NCBI RefSeq assembly: GCF_022539665.2
Contig: NC_081333.1
Span: 10,106,001-10,170,000 of the forward strand
Direction: 5' to 3'
Source: Daphnia carinata
Lineage: Eukaryota
Length of the DNA: 64,000 nt
Made by a program: the position numbers and the translations under genes. The stretch's first letter is position 1. Each line of letters begins with the position of its first letter. This document shows positions 13,521 through 27,231 of this stretch, in pieces. The notes under the pieces were generated by a model that saw only the letters and a program-made list of their open reading frames with translations, was not told the DNA's origin and did not search any database.

Positions 13521-14777
13521 TCATAGATTCAACTTCTGGTGGAAGCTTGGGAAGGACATACAAATTGCAGATTAACTTCATTGTATAAGGCTCTTGAATG
13601 ATAAACTAGCACCTGTAGAATGTTGCATTGTTGATAGTTGTGTTCCCAGTACATGAAAATCCTTTCCTATTGGATAAAATTTTTTTTTGTAGATAAGACC
13701 TGGTTGGCAAAAAGGAGGAGAAATTCTTCGTCATAAATTCAAAATTATTTGAAGAAAAATCCTTTCATACCTAAAGAGTCCATGTATGATGTTCATCTCT
13801 GCAATAGCAGCAAAATTAAAACATCTTTAGGGCCATTTAAGTACCCAGTTTCCCCAACACTCTGAACGTAAAGGACAAGTTGTTCTTTAGACAGAGAAGC
13901 AGAATTATTTGAGGCTTCTAGCTGTGACAGAACTATAAAGGATTGCTGTTGTACTGGATTCATTAACACAAGATGGTACTTCTCATTAGGCAATTTGCAT
14001 TACTCTATTAATTTACCTCACACCTTACGGTAATGCACTCTCAGTGTTTTTTCATCTGTAGGCTCACTCTTCCATCCTGTAACACTTCCAGACTTGATTT
14101 GATCCCCGTTAAAATCTGTGAATGCAAAATAATAGCATTAAAAATACTTTTTCGATAGACAAAAAACCGAAAAGTACCTAATCCATGTTTCATGTTGAAC
14201 TTGTGCCATTTCTGGGTTTCTGTACCACACCCATTTTCGGCCCAAATACGTTCCCACAATTGTTCAGTTCCTTCACTGCATGAGCTTATTACTAACGATT
14301 CTTTTAGTGCAGCACTAACAGAATTTAAATTTAACACACTGTCATGTGGTGGACTGAATAACTAAGCAATAAATAATTGTTTGTTAAAATTCTATACTTA
14401 TTTTGAATTCTTATTTGAAAACTTTAGGTACCTGGCTGTGTTCACCTAATGCCAACTCATCCTCACGTTCAGTTAGAGATGAGTTTTGAAAAACCTCCTT
14501 CACTGTTTGGAAACTGTTCCGTTCCAATTTGTTCTTTTCCCTAGCTGAGCTTGAAGACTCAAAATTTGAGCTACAAAACACGAATGAATAAAAGCAAATA
14601 AATAGAATCATTACGTGTTAGGCCTACGATCCTTAGCTTTGTTATCTAATATTTTGTGTTGTTCCAATAACTGGGCCTGCAGCTTCATAATTTGATCTAA
14701 TAAACAATAATTAATAATTGAAAACCAATATAATAATGTTTATACTTACCATTTTTTTGTTTTATTATCTTATCCAT
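13521..14777 (-). pseudogene. Unknown multi-exon gene, copy C (inverted)
   Basis: Reverse complement of copies A/B; ORFs 14041-14337 and 13793-13993 match ORFs 9293-9541 and 9599-9790. Confidence 0.55.
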
Positions 14778-15099
14778 TTTTCAATTGTTCCTCCAGCCAC
14801 GCGTTGTTCTCCAGTCACGCTACTCAATTAACTGCTAATGGGATACAATTAACTCAAATTGCTTACATTCCTGTAATAACGAAACCGACTGATAGATGGC
14901 TACGGGTAGAAAAAAGAGAAAAAAGTGCGATTTTTTTTTTTTTTCCGCCTTTTTTTTTTTTTTTTTATGTAAAACGGATTGCCATAATTGCCATAGTTTT
15001 ACACAAAAAAAAAAAATATTTCGCCAAAAAAAAAAAAAAAAATTACACTTTTTTCTTTTTTTCGATCCGTAGCCAGCTACCGGTCAGAATCGTTATTAC

Positions 15100-16083
15100 T
15101 ATGGCAATCCGTTTTACACAAAAAAAAAAAAAAATTTCGCCAAAAAAAAAAAAAAAATCACACTTTTTTATTTTTTTCCGACACGTAGCCATCTACCGCT
15201 CAGACTCGTTATTACTGGCGTAGGCAATTTCAGTCCATTGGATGCCATTCGCAGTTAGTTCAGTAGCGTGGATGGAGAATAACTCGTGAATGGAGGAACA
15301 AATGAAAAATGGATAAGATAATACAACAAAAGGATGGTAAGTATAAACATTATTATATTGGTTTTCAATTATTAATTATTGTTTATTAGATCAAATTATG
15401 AAGCTGCAGGCCCAATTATTGGAACAACACAAAATATTAGATAACAGCAAATCTAAGGATGGTAAGGGCTTATACGTAATGATTCTATTTATTTGCTTTT
15501 ATTCATTTGTGTTTTGTAGCTCAAATTTTGAGTGTACAAGCTCAGCTAGGGGAAAAGAACAAATTGGAATGGAACAGTTTCCAAACAGTGAAGGAGGTTT
15601 TCCAAACTCATCCCTAACTGAACATGAGGATGAATTGGCATTAGGCGAACACAGTCAGGTACCTAAACTTTTCAAATAAGAATTCAAAATAAGTATAGAA
15701 TTTTAAAAAACAATTATTTATTGTTTAGTTATTAGTCTACCACCTGACAGTGTGTTAAAGTTAAATTCTGTTAGTGCTGCACTAAAAGAATGGTTAGTAA
15801 TAAGTCCATGCAGCGAAGGAAGTGAACAATTGTGGGACCGTATTTGGGCTGAAAATGGGTGTGGTACGGAAACCCAGAAATAGCACGAGTTCAACATAAA
15901 ACATGAATTAGGTACTTTTCGGTTTTTTGTCTGTCGGAAAAATATTTTTAATGCTATTATTTTGCATTCACAGATTTTAACGGGGATCAAATCAAGTCTG
16001 GAAGTGTTACAGGATGGAAGAGTGAGCCTACAGATGAAAAAACACTGAGAGTGCATTACCGTAAAGTGTGAGGTAAATTAATA
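15100..16083 (+). mobile_element. Start of a further copy of the foldback element, with gene copy D (ATG 15309), truncated by the gap
   Basis: TATGGCAATCCGTTTTACA at 15100-15118, then colinear with 8602-9580; TAG at 15881-15883 as in copy B. Confidence 0.7.
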
Positions 16084-16183
16084 NNNNNNNNNNNNNNNNN
16101 NNNNNNNNNNNNNNNNNNNNNNNNNNNNNNNNNNNNNNNNNNNNNNNNNNNNNNNNNNNNNNNNNNNNNNNNNNNNNNNNNNN
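16084..16183. other. Assembly gap (100 N)
   Basis: Run of N. Confidence 1.
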
Positions 16184-17435
16184 TAAAAAAAGAATAAAAA
16201 CTTAAAGCTATCATAGGGAAAATTGACGATATCTTCTCGAAGCTCGTTTGGTCGTCAACCGGTGGTTGTTTATATTGCTACGCAACAGGGGGTTGTGAAA
16301 AATCACGTCGTAATAACTATAAAAGAAGCGGCAGGCAAAGAAAACTGTTATACGTAATACATACCTTTAGCATGTTTACTTTCTGTTGAACGACCATCTC
16401 GTTATTGAAAATTATAGAAGACGGGAAGGAAGCATAGATTTTCTAAATTGCTTAACGTATAATAAATCTAACTCTAGTATAACTAGCTTAAGATTTTATT
16501 ACCGGACATTTCAATAGCGGCTTCCGCCTGTCCATGGGGATTTTCGGCCCGGCAGGTGCTGATCCCCAAATCTGCGTCACGGACGCTCTTGAAGCGAACA
16601 TTGCTTCGGCCAGTTAGACATAACCAGTGTTCCAATTCGATTCGAAGGAAGGACTTCTAGATGCTTTCTTTCACCTTCACCGTTTCCGACACCTTCAACT
16701 GACCGGAACCACGTCACCTTTACATTTCGTGCAAAAAAAAGAAAAAACAATATAAAAAGGTAAACACACAAAAGAAAACTGACTGTGCTAAATTGCTATT
16801 CTGAGACTAAAGATATATGATTTCCGGTAGCTGCCAAGTGAAACCCCATCGCCATAAAAAAGAACGTCTAGGAAACCAATAGTTGTTGACTTGTTTGTGG
16901 TATATACGGATTTACTACGAAAATATCTAATATCTTGTTCTTGTAAAAGTATTGGGCACCCACGCGTCATAATATAGGTAAACTTTTGGGTACATTGACT
17001 TTATTCCCCCCCCCTATGATTGTTAGGCTCTATGAAAAGTTAAGAAAGGGCTTTGGTTTATAGGGGCAGACCACCAGGAACCCTGCAAACTGCAAGGTAG
17101 GAAAACTAGTATTGACGGTGTGAACTTTTACGTAAAAAATACAGCCCGAAACCGTAGGCTGCTGAATCTAATGAAAAGGATATGCACAACTACGGATTCT
17201 AAATGGCATTGTCTATTAGCCTATACGGTCATTGGAATATTTTGTCCTGGATTTTGTTGTACCCACCTTACGCCCTTCTATCCCACTGCACATGAATCAA
17301 ACAGAAAAAATATTATAAAAGTGATACAAATAGCGAGCTACTTGGAAAAGGTGTTCCTTCATGTATCATTTTGGTTGAGAATGGGGGGGTAAATTAAATC
17401 GACTATAATTGGATGAGCATGCTTTAAATTGTTAC

Positions 17436-20400
17436 CTGAGCCGCTGGTTGAGCGTACACCGTGCACGCAAGCTCAGTCAGCGCTCCCAATCCTGTATGAA
17501 CCCAAGTGTGTTCTACCGCAATCTCCGGAGCATCTTATTAACAATAATAAATATTCTTCGATTAATTACTAAATAGATCCAAAAATTTTAATTCAAATGA
17601 TCCCTACGAGCAATCTCGACATTGAATGTAGCAGTTGCTGGGAGATCAACGCCGTTATCCGCCTGACACAAATAAATAAAAAAGAAAGACAAGTAAATGA
17701 GGCCCTTTATCTTTACCAGCATGAACAATAACAATTACCTCGCAAATGTAAGAGCCGGCATCCAGTCTGCGGGCACCAACGATCCGATGAACGCTGGATA
17801 CCTTCTGGTAAACATCAACGATTGACTCTTCGGCGCTAAGCACTTTTCCCTTTCAAGTAGAATGGCATCGATTTAAATCATTTGGTTATGGTTATTACGA
17901 TACTAAATGCTGATGAAATGAAGAAGAAATGTTACTTGATATTTCCATGTGACTGTAGGCAGAGGGCCGTCCGCTGGCCATGCAGGTAAGGTCTAAATCG
18001 CTACCTTCTTGTAGTTGGTAGTGGGGTGAGTTGCCACCGTGATGGAGTAGTTCCTCGATGGCAGCAGGAACTGCGGTCCGCCGAGCACCCAATCATTGAA
18101 CCACAACCACCCGATAACAAGAGAGAAACAAGTGTACAATCATTAGATCTATAATTATAATCCTATATAGATGAGCACAAATTTAAAGTGATATAAAGCA
18201 GCACGATAAGACGTTGAAATAAAATGCCAATCTGATCCTTTATAGAATTGAACCTATGCCATTATTCCTCTCGGTTCCCTTAACTGATGTCATTACGTTG
18301 CTCGTGAATGTAATTGCTGTGCAGTTGTAAAACGGAATGAAGTACGTTTCTTGATCTACCGCAAAATTTCACGGTCCTTTACAATAAATAGCACAATCAA
18401 AAAAACGAGCCATCAATGATGTAATCGTGCTTTTCATGGATTCGCGTGAAAAAGTTCAAACAATGCCACTATAGCGTGGCAGGATTAAAGATAATCAGAT
18501 AACAGATGCCGTCGCATGCCGGGGTAGTCTACCGTACATTCAGGAATAGCCTTCTGCGGTACAATTGATGGGAATTTGAGAAAGAAAAATATTTGGCCTA
18601 TAGTAAACAGAAAAAGAGGTCATTCAGCTTTTAAAAAAATGGTAGACATGATGCCACTGAGCGTCATATCCGTTGGCATTAGCCAGACAGGCGACACAAG
18701 CTCACGGACGCACGACCCCACCCTTCCTCTCTTTCTTTTTTCTGCTGATGCCGAAGCGCTCAGGGTCGGTGGAAATCACCAAATTGGAATGAAAATAAAA
18801 ATCTCAAGGCCCATCCTGCTCGCTGCGATTTCAATCATTCTAGTCAGCAATGTTCTTTTGTTAGCTACCTATTAGGCACATGTTTTTTTTTGGTCCAGTA
18901 GAATATGTCACATATTTGCCAAATGCGGTACCACCTTCGCAAAGGGATCCCGGCTATGTTTGCTAATTATGTTGCCACACCAGTGTGAAATAATTGTAAT
19001 ATAATTATGTAGTTACATTATACGGACCTTCAACTAGTACTGAGTATCTATTTTTACGTGGAGTGTGAGACTGGACGCTGCACGAGTAGTTTCCCTCGTC
19101 ATCCTCGGCAACACGTTCAATGCTAAGAAGAAAGAACGTTACACGAGCATGACAGTGTGTACACAGGTTATTAAACGTAAATATGTTACTCGTGCAATAC
19201 GGTCGAATGATATTTGCTTAGGTATAAAAAGGTATGCAAAATTACTCACAGGAGAGAGAAGTCACTCTGAATAATAAAACGAGATTGAAGGGCAGTCGAA
19301 GAACGGTCGGGCAGCAGAACGCCATTTTTACTCCAAGTGAAATACTCTAATATATCTGGTAAATGAAAGGGGGATTTAATAAAACGTACCAATTCAAATG
19401 TATTTGTAAGTAACGAAGAGATCGAAAATCACCTTCGGCATCTGGTGGACTGCAAGGCAATTTCAAATTCGTTCCGACTAGAACTACCCTTCTGTAGGTG
19501 TCGTCGACGTCATTCTCTGATGCTAGTATGGGCCCTGCATTTACTGTAAATAATAACGAAAAAGATATTAGTGCTTGAAAACTGTTGTATACATACAAGA
19601 GAGGGTTGATTATGTTTCATTCTACAAACAACAAAAGCAAAATGAAAAACTTTGACGATCATTCATGTGGATACAATTGCGTTTCATGGCAGCATTTCCC
19701 CAAATGCCCGCAACAAACACAAACATGTGAGTACGGCATGCAGCAGCTTTTACAGCTGTGTCAATTCGAGTTCCCCCGAATGGGCGTTGTCATTTTTTAT
19801 ACAGTATGTACCAATAGTTCACTTTAGTTTTGGGATCAGAATATGTGTGTGCGAAAGTATACACTCCATAGCTTGATTAGTAAATACTTAACGAGGAAGA
19901 TTCAGAAGATCTCGACTATGGTAATCGCCGAATGGCGCAGTAAGCGTATTACGTATGTGACTCATGCACGTACTGAACTTGCTGATTTCTAGCGTCACAC
20001 ACTTGTTTAGATGTAACTTTTCGCCATTGTTCTTGTATCGTGGGAAATATTTTAAACTTATATCGGGTTTCTTGCTGACAATAATTTCAAAAGCTGCAGA
20101 ATTATAAGGTTTTTGGTGTGGTTACGTAATGCTAAAAGTTGACATTGTTTTGGGGTTAACTCCCTGACAATTTCCACATAATGATACATTTCGGGAACTG
20201 AGAACACCGTAAAGATTTAGAAACTGTTAAACAAAATACAGAAAAAAAAGAAAGAAAAAAAAGAAAAGAACAATATACTAGAGCCTTCGTATGGTGCTAT
20301 ACACTGTAAAGGGCTAGTTTCAAGAGCGGAAACGCGCCTCATCCTTGATTCATGAGTAGGGGCCCTTCTTTCTGCCGATGCACTTCTGTGGGCTTATTTC

Positions 20401-20862
20401 TTTGACTCAGTATTATTCTCTCTCTTTGTGACCAAGACCACTGTCAATTGGTCGTGGTGGTATTCAACAGACGAGAAGTGAGACAAAGAGAACAAGATAA
20501 GAATGATCGGTTCGACGCCGCTAATGGTGACCCTTCTCCCCTGATTTCTCTCTATATAAATCTAATCCTCTTAATTGAAGGCGCCATGCTTGGCCTCTCT
20601 CTGATGTATCGTGCCCATAACATAATGTAATGTTGCCGAGCGGCGAGAATTAATGGAAGCCAATTCCAACTCTATCACAAAGTTCTCGAACGGCCTTAAA
20701 GAAACCAGATTTCTTCAAGTGACGCAATCTTCAACCAAGACAACTTCAAATAGCATCTCATTTGGACTAGAACAATGAAAATTAATACATCATACAAATG
20801 TGATACTTACCCAGTACTAGAAGCAGAACGCAGCTGAAGACGTAAGGATCAATGGAGAACAT
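17436..20862 (-). CDS. Secreted or cell-surface multi-immunoglobulin-domain protein gene (3' end uncertain, possibly degenerate)
   Basis: Signal-peptide exon MFSIDPYVFSCVLLLVL (20862-20811, GTAAGT donor) splices in phase to VNAGPILASEND...GTNLKLPC. Ig motifs follow: YFTWSKNG, IERVAEDDEGNYSC, PINCTAEGY, QEGSDLDLTCMASGRP and RLDAGSYICE. Confidence 0.65.
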
Positions 20863-23565
20863 TGCGTAAAAACGAAGAGTTTTATCCAAAACACTGAACG
20901 GTTTTCGATGCACTTATTCTTGATGATGGTTTGCACTGTCGCACGTTGCACTCTCGTTGAACGGCCAAATGATGCCCCAAAAGAATGGCGTTCAATCTAT
21001 GGACAGCATTGAAAGGAGGATGATTATGTATCACTACTTCCTCCGCCGTATGGACCAAATCCAAAAAAAAAAAGGGGGAAAGAAAACACACGAGTGCACG
21101 AAGTATGCAGAGCAAGTGTTCACTACTTGGTTAGAAGAGATAGAGTAATATGCTACCTCGCACGACAGTCGCCACTGTTGCAATGAATCAGTACTGGTGG
21201 CAGCAACCGGTCTTCTCCCTTTCCTGCTCACTCCCCATATACGAGTACGAGAGGTAGGTTTGAAAAGGGAAATGGGAGGAATTGAGAGAAGACGGGAATG
21301 ACTCTATGGACAGAAAGTGATAGACCGGCTATCCCAATTATGATACGGCCGTCGCATCTACTCGTTTGCAACATCAGGCAGACGCCAATTTGCTGTTTTC
21401 GCCGTCTTTGATGAGTAACAACGGACCCTGAAATTGACAAAGTTTATGGTAAGCCGTTTGTTTTACGGGAGTATAGGTCCGGGTCAATAAATCAACGTAT
21501 GGCAATCGAAAAAAAACTTATCAATTTCCACGAAAATCAGATTCTGAAAAAAAAAATTGTTATTAGATTTACATAGTGTTTTTGTAAAAATGTACAATTA
21601 TTCGCTTTTTTCCCTGAAGGAAGAGAGAAATAGGCATTGGCAACCAACAATTGAATATAAAAATAAACAAAGTTAAGGCAAATTACCATTATTGCTCCGT
21701 GAAATTTCGGTTGGGTTTTCATCACAGAAATTGTTTGCCAATGGCCCTCTAGCGGGAAGTTTTCTATTGAAAAACCATGCTTCAAATTTTTCTTTCGTTC
21801 ATCTCACTATACTATGGTCATCAAAACAGCTGGGATATTCTCGAATTTCCCAAGCCTTGCATTGACTCAGTAATAAATAATGCAATTGCAATATTTTCGT
21901 TTGGTAGCTCAGATCATTAGTTACCGAATTGTGTAAATCTTGGCCAACTTTGTACATGTTTTACCATAGAACAAATGTCTTTAAAACTGTTTCAATTTCT
22001 TCATTCTCCTCTACAATTCTTGAATTTGTCTTGTTTTGCAGCGCCATGGCGTTGACAACTATAGCCGAGCAAAATAGTAGAGACGTTAGTTTGGCCTCGT
22101 TGCGTTTAATTCGCACAAGTCTCAGATAAGACATGAAAAAAAAAAATATTTTCTGTCCTTCCTTGAAGAAATTTGCCCATGATGTGCAATGCTCATACTG
22201 CCAATGTGCGATTTCCTTTCTACATATTGAAGAATCACAAGACGCCAGATCTGTGGCACAGCTCCAACTGAAAGTAATGGCGGTACTTACCCGACGACCG
22301 GCTGAGTTGTCGTCCTGTCAATCATCAACTTCTTGTGATGCCAATCTAATGCATTTAAATGATACGTTCAAGGTTGTTGCAAATGTATGTGCGATAATTG
22401 CCTCTATTTTTCTGTTTAATGTGCATAAGGGTTTTAAAATTGTCTTTATTCTGATCTGAATTATCTGTAATGTATTTAAAAATACTGGGCAACATAGGAT
22501 CGTATTGCCATCACTCTAATATTAGCATTATACATTATGTTAAATGAACCCTTTGGGAATGCGTGGTAAGGTTGCTTACACTTGTTTAGCTCTTTCAGTG
22601 AGTGATGGTGTTCAGTTCGTCGAAATAAATGTCTTTTAAAAGTAAACTATATGAACGAAACCATCGAAATTTACCTTCTAAAAGCTACTGGTGGAGAACT
22701 AGGGATACTGATCAATTAAAACATTGAAGAAAAGTCATGAAGTCCTGATAGAAAACTGATAAATTTCAAAATGGGCTTCAGCCAAAAAAGGATGTGTCGG
22801 ACAGCCATTATTAATAAGTAAGAATTGACAACGTTGGCAACACCTGTAAGATACGGTTCAGTTTAATTAGGCTTCCCATTTGCAGAAGGCTATATATTTT
22901 AAACCGTGACAACAGAACCCTTGCAATCCGCGGTGGAAATTGGTAGGCTAAAGTATGAAACAAAAAAGCACTTACAGCTAAAGCCAAAGTACGGCATGAC
23001 ACAGGTAACTTTCCTCAACGAATGATTTCCAGATATTATTAAATGAAATATTATCCAGAAACACCCTGTTTTGCTTTTAGCCGAAAAAAATGTTAATAAT
23101 GGTAAGTGATTAATTCATCCTTATTCGTTTTGTGCGAAGTTAACTAACCTCAAAAGGTAAAATCATTTGCCACAATTAGGCTAATGATGGTTCACATTCC
23201 GCACGGAGTTACTAGTTTTAGTCGAAAAAGTTTTATTTTCGCGTTTTAGGCAACATTCCCTTCATTGGGTGCGTCAGCTTGACAATAGTACGTTATTGTG
23301 ATGAATTCACCTTATAATATTGAATTTTGGAATCTTCCATGGTTGTTGACGACATACGTAGTACGCACAATCACGATTTAAAAAATCGTACAGCACCATC
23401 TTTGTTCCTTAGTCGATTGATGATTGGTCAGTGATAACAGGGAAATCGATGATAGCTGTGTGTATAGGTATATAAATTCTGTTGAGTTATTGTTATCATA
23501 CACTGAGTCGTGTAGTGAGTGCAATTACTATTAGGCTTGTGTCGGTTTTGATCGTAACGGGAAAA

Positions 23566-26285
23566 ATGGGCATAAATTGTACGAAAAGCCCGAAAGTAAA
23601 ACCTCAACATAAAAATCAACAGGTAGAAAGTGGGACACCAGCTGCTCAGTCTGGTTCACTTCCTAGAGAAGCTGATTCTGAAAGAAAACCAACAGGTAAT
23701 CTCTATGCTTGGATCTATATATAACTTTTTCTTTATTCTCATAGATTGTGTGAAACAAATTTTCCAGTGAATGATTATGTGATTGTTGGATTTTCAAAGA
23801 TACAGGAAAAGATGCCAAAGAAAATTCTAAACCAACATTGGAGGGTGATGAGGATGAAGAAATTAAAGAATACATGCTATGCCAGTCTGAAGATTTACAT
23901 GAAAATGAGTAAAAAAAAGAATATGTACAGTCAGTCCATAATTTTTTTCACTTTTGTTTCTTGGTTTCAGGATGAAAGTGTTTGAAGCTGGTGAAAAGCA
24001 AGTATTAGTTGTGAAGGAAAATGGGAAGGTTTATGCAATGGGGGCAAAATGCACCCATTTTGGTGCCCCATTGAATTCAGGTTGTGTGTTTACAAAGTAA
24101 TTTGATCTGTAATGATGGCTTCTGACATACTACATTTTTAAAACAATAAATAGGCATATTTTGTAAAGGAAAAGTTTATTGCCCTTGGCATGGGGCATGC
24201 TTTAACTCCAAAACAGGTATAGGCATATCATATTTTGTTTTGTTGTTTTGCCACATATTGAATTCAAAAATGCATTTTTCCTACCATTTTGATGGTTTGT
24301 TATGTGAATGGTGACAACATTAGGTGACATTGAAGAATTCCCAGCTTTGGATCCCATACCTGTGTATCCTGTTAATATTGATCCAACTACCAATGAGGTT
24401 AAAGTCACTTTAAGAAACAATAGCCACCTTAACAGTCAGGGTGCAACAAAGACACTCTGTAAGGCTTCTGAAGACAACAATAAAATGGTTGTCATTATTG
24501 GATCAGGTAGAAGCTTGATCAATATATTTGCCTTCATATTAATTCTTTTTTACTGTTTCACCAAGCCAAGAGAAACTTATGAGGCATAACAAAATAAAAT
24601 ATTTTTTAAAAAATAGGTGCGGCTGGTCATAGTTGTGCCGAAACCCTCAGACAAGAAGGATTCAGCGGAAGAGTTATTATCGTGACTAAGGATGAAGCTC
24701 TACCTTATGATCGTACCAAGCTGAGCAAAGCAATGAATTTGGAAGCAAATAAGCTTTCTTTGAGATCCCATGAATATTATTCGGTACTAATATTATTACT
24801 TTTTTTTTTTTTTTTACGTTTTACGCAAATTTTGAATTAGACACTGTTTTGATTAAAGAAAAATAATTTTACATTTCTAGAAAGGCGATATCGAATTCGT
24901 CCTTAACGTCAGCGTTCAAGGCGTGGACGTGGAAGCTAAATCAGTACTTCTAAGCAATGGTGACATTTTAAAATATACTTATTTGGTTATTGCGACTGGA
25001 GGAAGGTAATTAGTTCAATCTGAAGTTTATTGTACTGTCTCAGGGTCTAAATCCAACAATCCTTAACAGACCAAGGCCTATACCCTGCCCAGGAACCCAT
25101 CTAGGAAATATTTTTCTACTTAGGACACCTAACGATGCAAACCAAATCGACGCATTTGCAAACAATAAAGAAGTATTTAAAAAAATTGAAGTAAGCTGTA
25201 ACGTATTTTCCATATACCATTATTTTATTTACGACCAGGTTCATGTCGTGATTGTCGGAACGTCCTTTATCGGAATGGAGGTTGCTGCTTATCTAGTAGA
25301 CAAAGCAGCGTCTGTCACGGTGGTGGGAAGGAGTTCCACTCCATTTATTCATGTTTTCGGTAATTAAATGATTAATGCCAGTACGGTTACGTAATTAAAA
25401 TGTATAATGTTAAATTAAGTAATTTTCCGTTTTATCTCTCCAAAATATGTTGAAATTCAGGACCGTTGATTGGTAAGAGACTGCAACAGTTCCATGAAGA
25501 GAAAGGTGTTAAGTTCATAATGGATGCTGAAGTGGGGGAACTGCTCGGAAATGAGGAAGGCAACTTAACGGAAGTGTGTCTGACATCCGGTCGCGTTTTA
25601 AAGGCTGATATACTTGTTGCTGGACTAGGAGTTTTACCCAGTACAGATTTCCTACGAGATTCTGAAATTATTCTCGATAGTAGAGGATTCGTACCAGTTG
25701 ACGAAGTATAGTTCCTTATTTGCTCGGTGCAATCTCTATCTAGATCTTGACGAGAAATTTTTCTTTTAGCGCTTGAGAACCAATTGTTCGGATGTTTATG
25801 CTGTCGGCGATATTGCGTCGTTTCCTTTGCGAGCAAAAGAAGAGTGTGACGCTAGAAAACTCGTAAATATTGGTCATTGGCAGATGGCGCTTCATCATGG
25901 CCGTACTGCAGGTAATGCGACATCCGATAACGACTGTTGAAATTTTTCTCATTTAATGTGTTTCACAGCGCTCACTATTTTGGGGCTATCGCAACCCATA
26001 AACGAAACAACGGTCCCTTTTTTCTGGTCGTCTATGTTCGGAAAAAGCGTGCGCTATTGTGGCTACGCACCAGATTTTGATGATGTAATAGTGCATGGTG
26101 ACATAGATAACCTTAAATTTGCCGCTTTTCTTTGCGATAAGGAAACAGTACTAGCTGTTGTTACTATGAACTGTGATCCGTTGGCAATCCAGTTTGCTGC
26201 TTTGTTAAGACAGCAGAAAAGTCTACTGAAGTCGGAAGTTATCAATGATCCACAAAGCTGGACAACCATGTTACAGGAACCATGA
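23566..26285 (+). CDS. AIFM3: AIFM3-like Rieske-domain pyridine nucleotide-disulphide oxidoreductase
   Basis: Rieske ligands CTHFGAPL and CPWHGACF; FAD/NAD motifs IIGSGAAG, PYDRTKLSK, ATGG, VGTSFIGME and VYAVGDIA; C-terminal VPFFWS. Confidence 0.9.
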
Positions 26286-26367
26286 ATTAATTCAATTGAG
26301 AATTTTAAAATTATTTGAAAAAAATTTTATGTTTTATTCACTAAATACAAATGACATTGATGTTGAT

Positions 26368-26841
26368 TCAATCCCATTTATTTGTAACAATTAGTGCACC
26401 TCCAAGGTGCTCCTCAAGAGTTACATGTGGTCGGTAAGGCCTTGCTTGCTTTTCTTTTACTTTTTCAGTTAGCCACTTCTCATGTTTTCCCAACTCCCTT
26501 GAAAATCCCTTTTCTTCTTCCTGGAAGTATAGTTGAAATTAATAAACATAATCTACGACTCTAAAATTAAAAATTGATAAATAAGCATGGTTCCTACATG
26601 TGTTAAAAAGGAGTGTCTCAGATAAAACATGTTTTGCTCTTCAATGGCAAACCTTTTTCGTAATCTTTCCGCATTCTCTTCGTTATGCTTGTATACCATT
26701 CGATGTTTCCTACCAGAGTAAGACAAGTTATTGTAGTGCACATTTTTCTTCGCGAGGTAATCAAGGGTTCTATTACCCGGTCCAGATGTTCCCAGGAGGT
26801 AATTTTTTTCTGAAGCCACACAGTATGCTTGATAATCGCAT
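26368..26841 (-). CDS. MRPL57: Mitochondrial ribosomal protein 63 (mL63), 3 exons
   Basis: Spliced product MRLSSILCGFRKKLPPGNIWTG|KHRMV...RLRKRFAIEEQNMFYLRHSFLTH|EEEKG...HVTLEEHLGGALIVTNKWD* matches the mL63 pattern (PG-x-x-W-x-GKHR, E-x-x-N-x-x-x-L, terminal VT-x-KW). Confidence 0.8.
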
Positions 26842-27231
26842 TTTACTATTGTACCAATATTCGTAAATTTATCAAGTAAAAAATTCGAATAATTTGAAAG
26901 TATTCCAATAACAATGATGTAATCGATCGACTATAAGCAAGTCTAAGGCACTATCCGTTCTTCTGCTAAGAGGAACGCAGTTGCCGACACATAATCATAT
27001 ACCCACAAACTTAAAATGTTTTATTGTTCAGTGTTACATTTTGTAATAAATATTTTTTAAACAAAAATTAAGTTTTTCATAATCCTTTTGTCTTATCGAA
27101 TTTTTTTTTTTCACAAAGCCTATTGCGCAACACTATAAGTTTCATAACAAAACGAATGACATGCATGTTAATGCAAGTTGATGCTTAGCTTAGACCGTTG
27201 TTTGCGTCAATGCAATCCAGTTGTTTTTAAA

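Larger units (their letters stand above)
8585..14986. mobile_element. Large foldback/palindromic repeat element, class unknown
   Basis: Terminal motif TATGGCAATCCGTTTTACA at 8602-8620 (partial duplicate at 8585-8600) and its reverse complement at 14968-14986. Arm ~10145-12224 is the reverse complement of ~12745-14800, and 8602-8800 mirrors 14790-14986. Confidence 0.75.

Noticed and set aside
14804..15223. 139-aa K/F-rich ORF
   Set aside because: Product of the A/T homopolymer runs in the element termini.
21900..22350. Exon-like segments on the minus strand
   Set aside because: They contain stops and no recognisable family, so a gene call cannot be supported.
26777..26841. Apparent frameshift in MRPL57 suggested by the ORF track
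   Set aside because: Resolved by an intron after ...NIWTG; ATG 26841 reads in frame.
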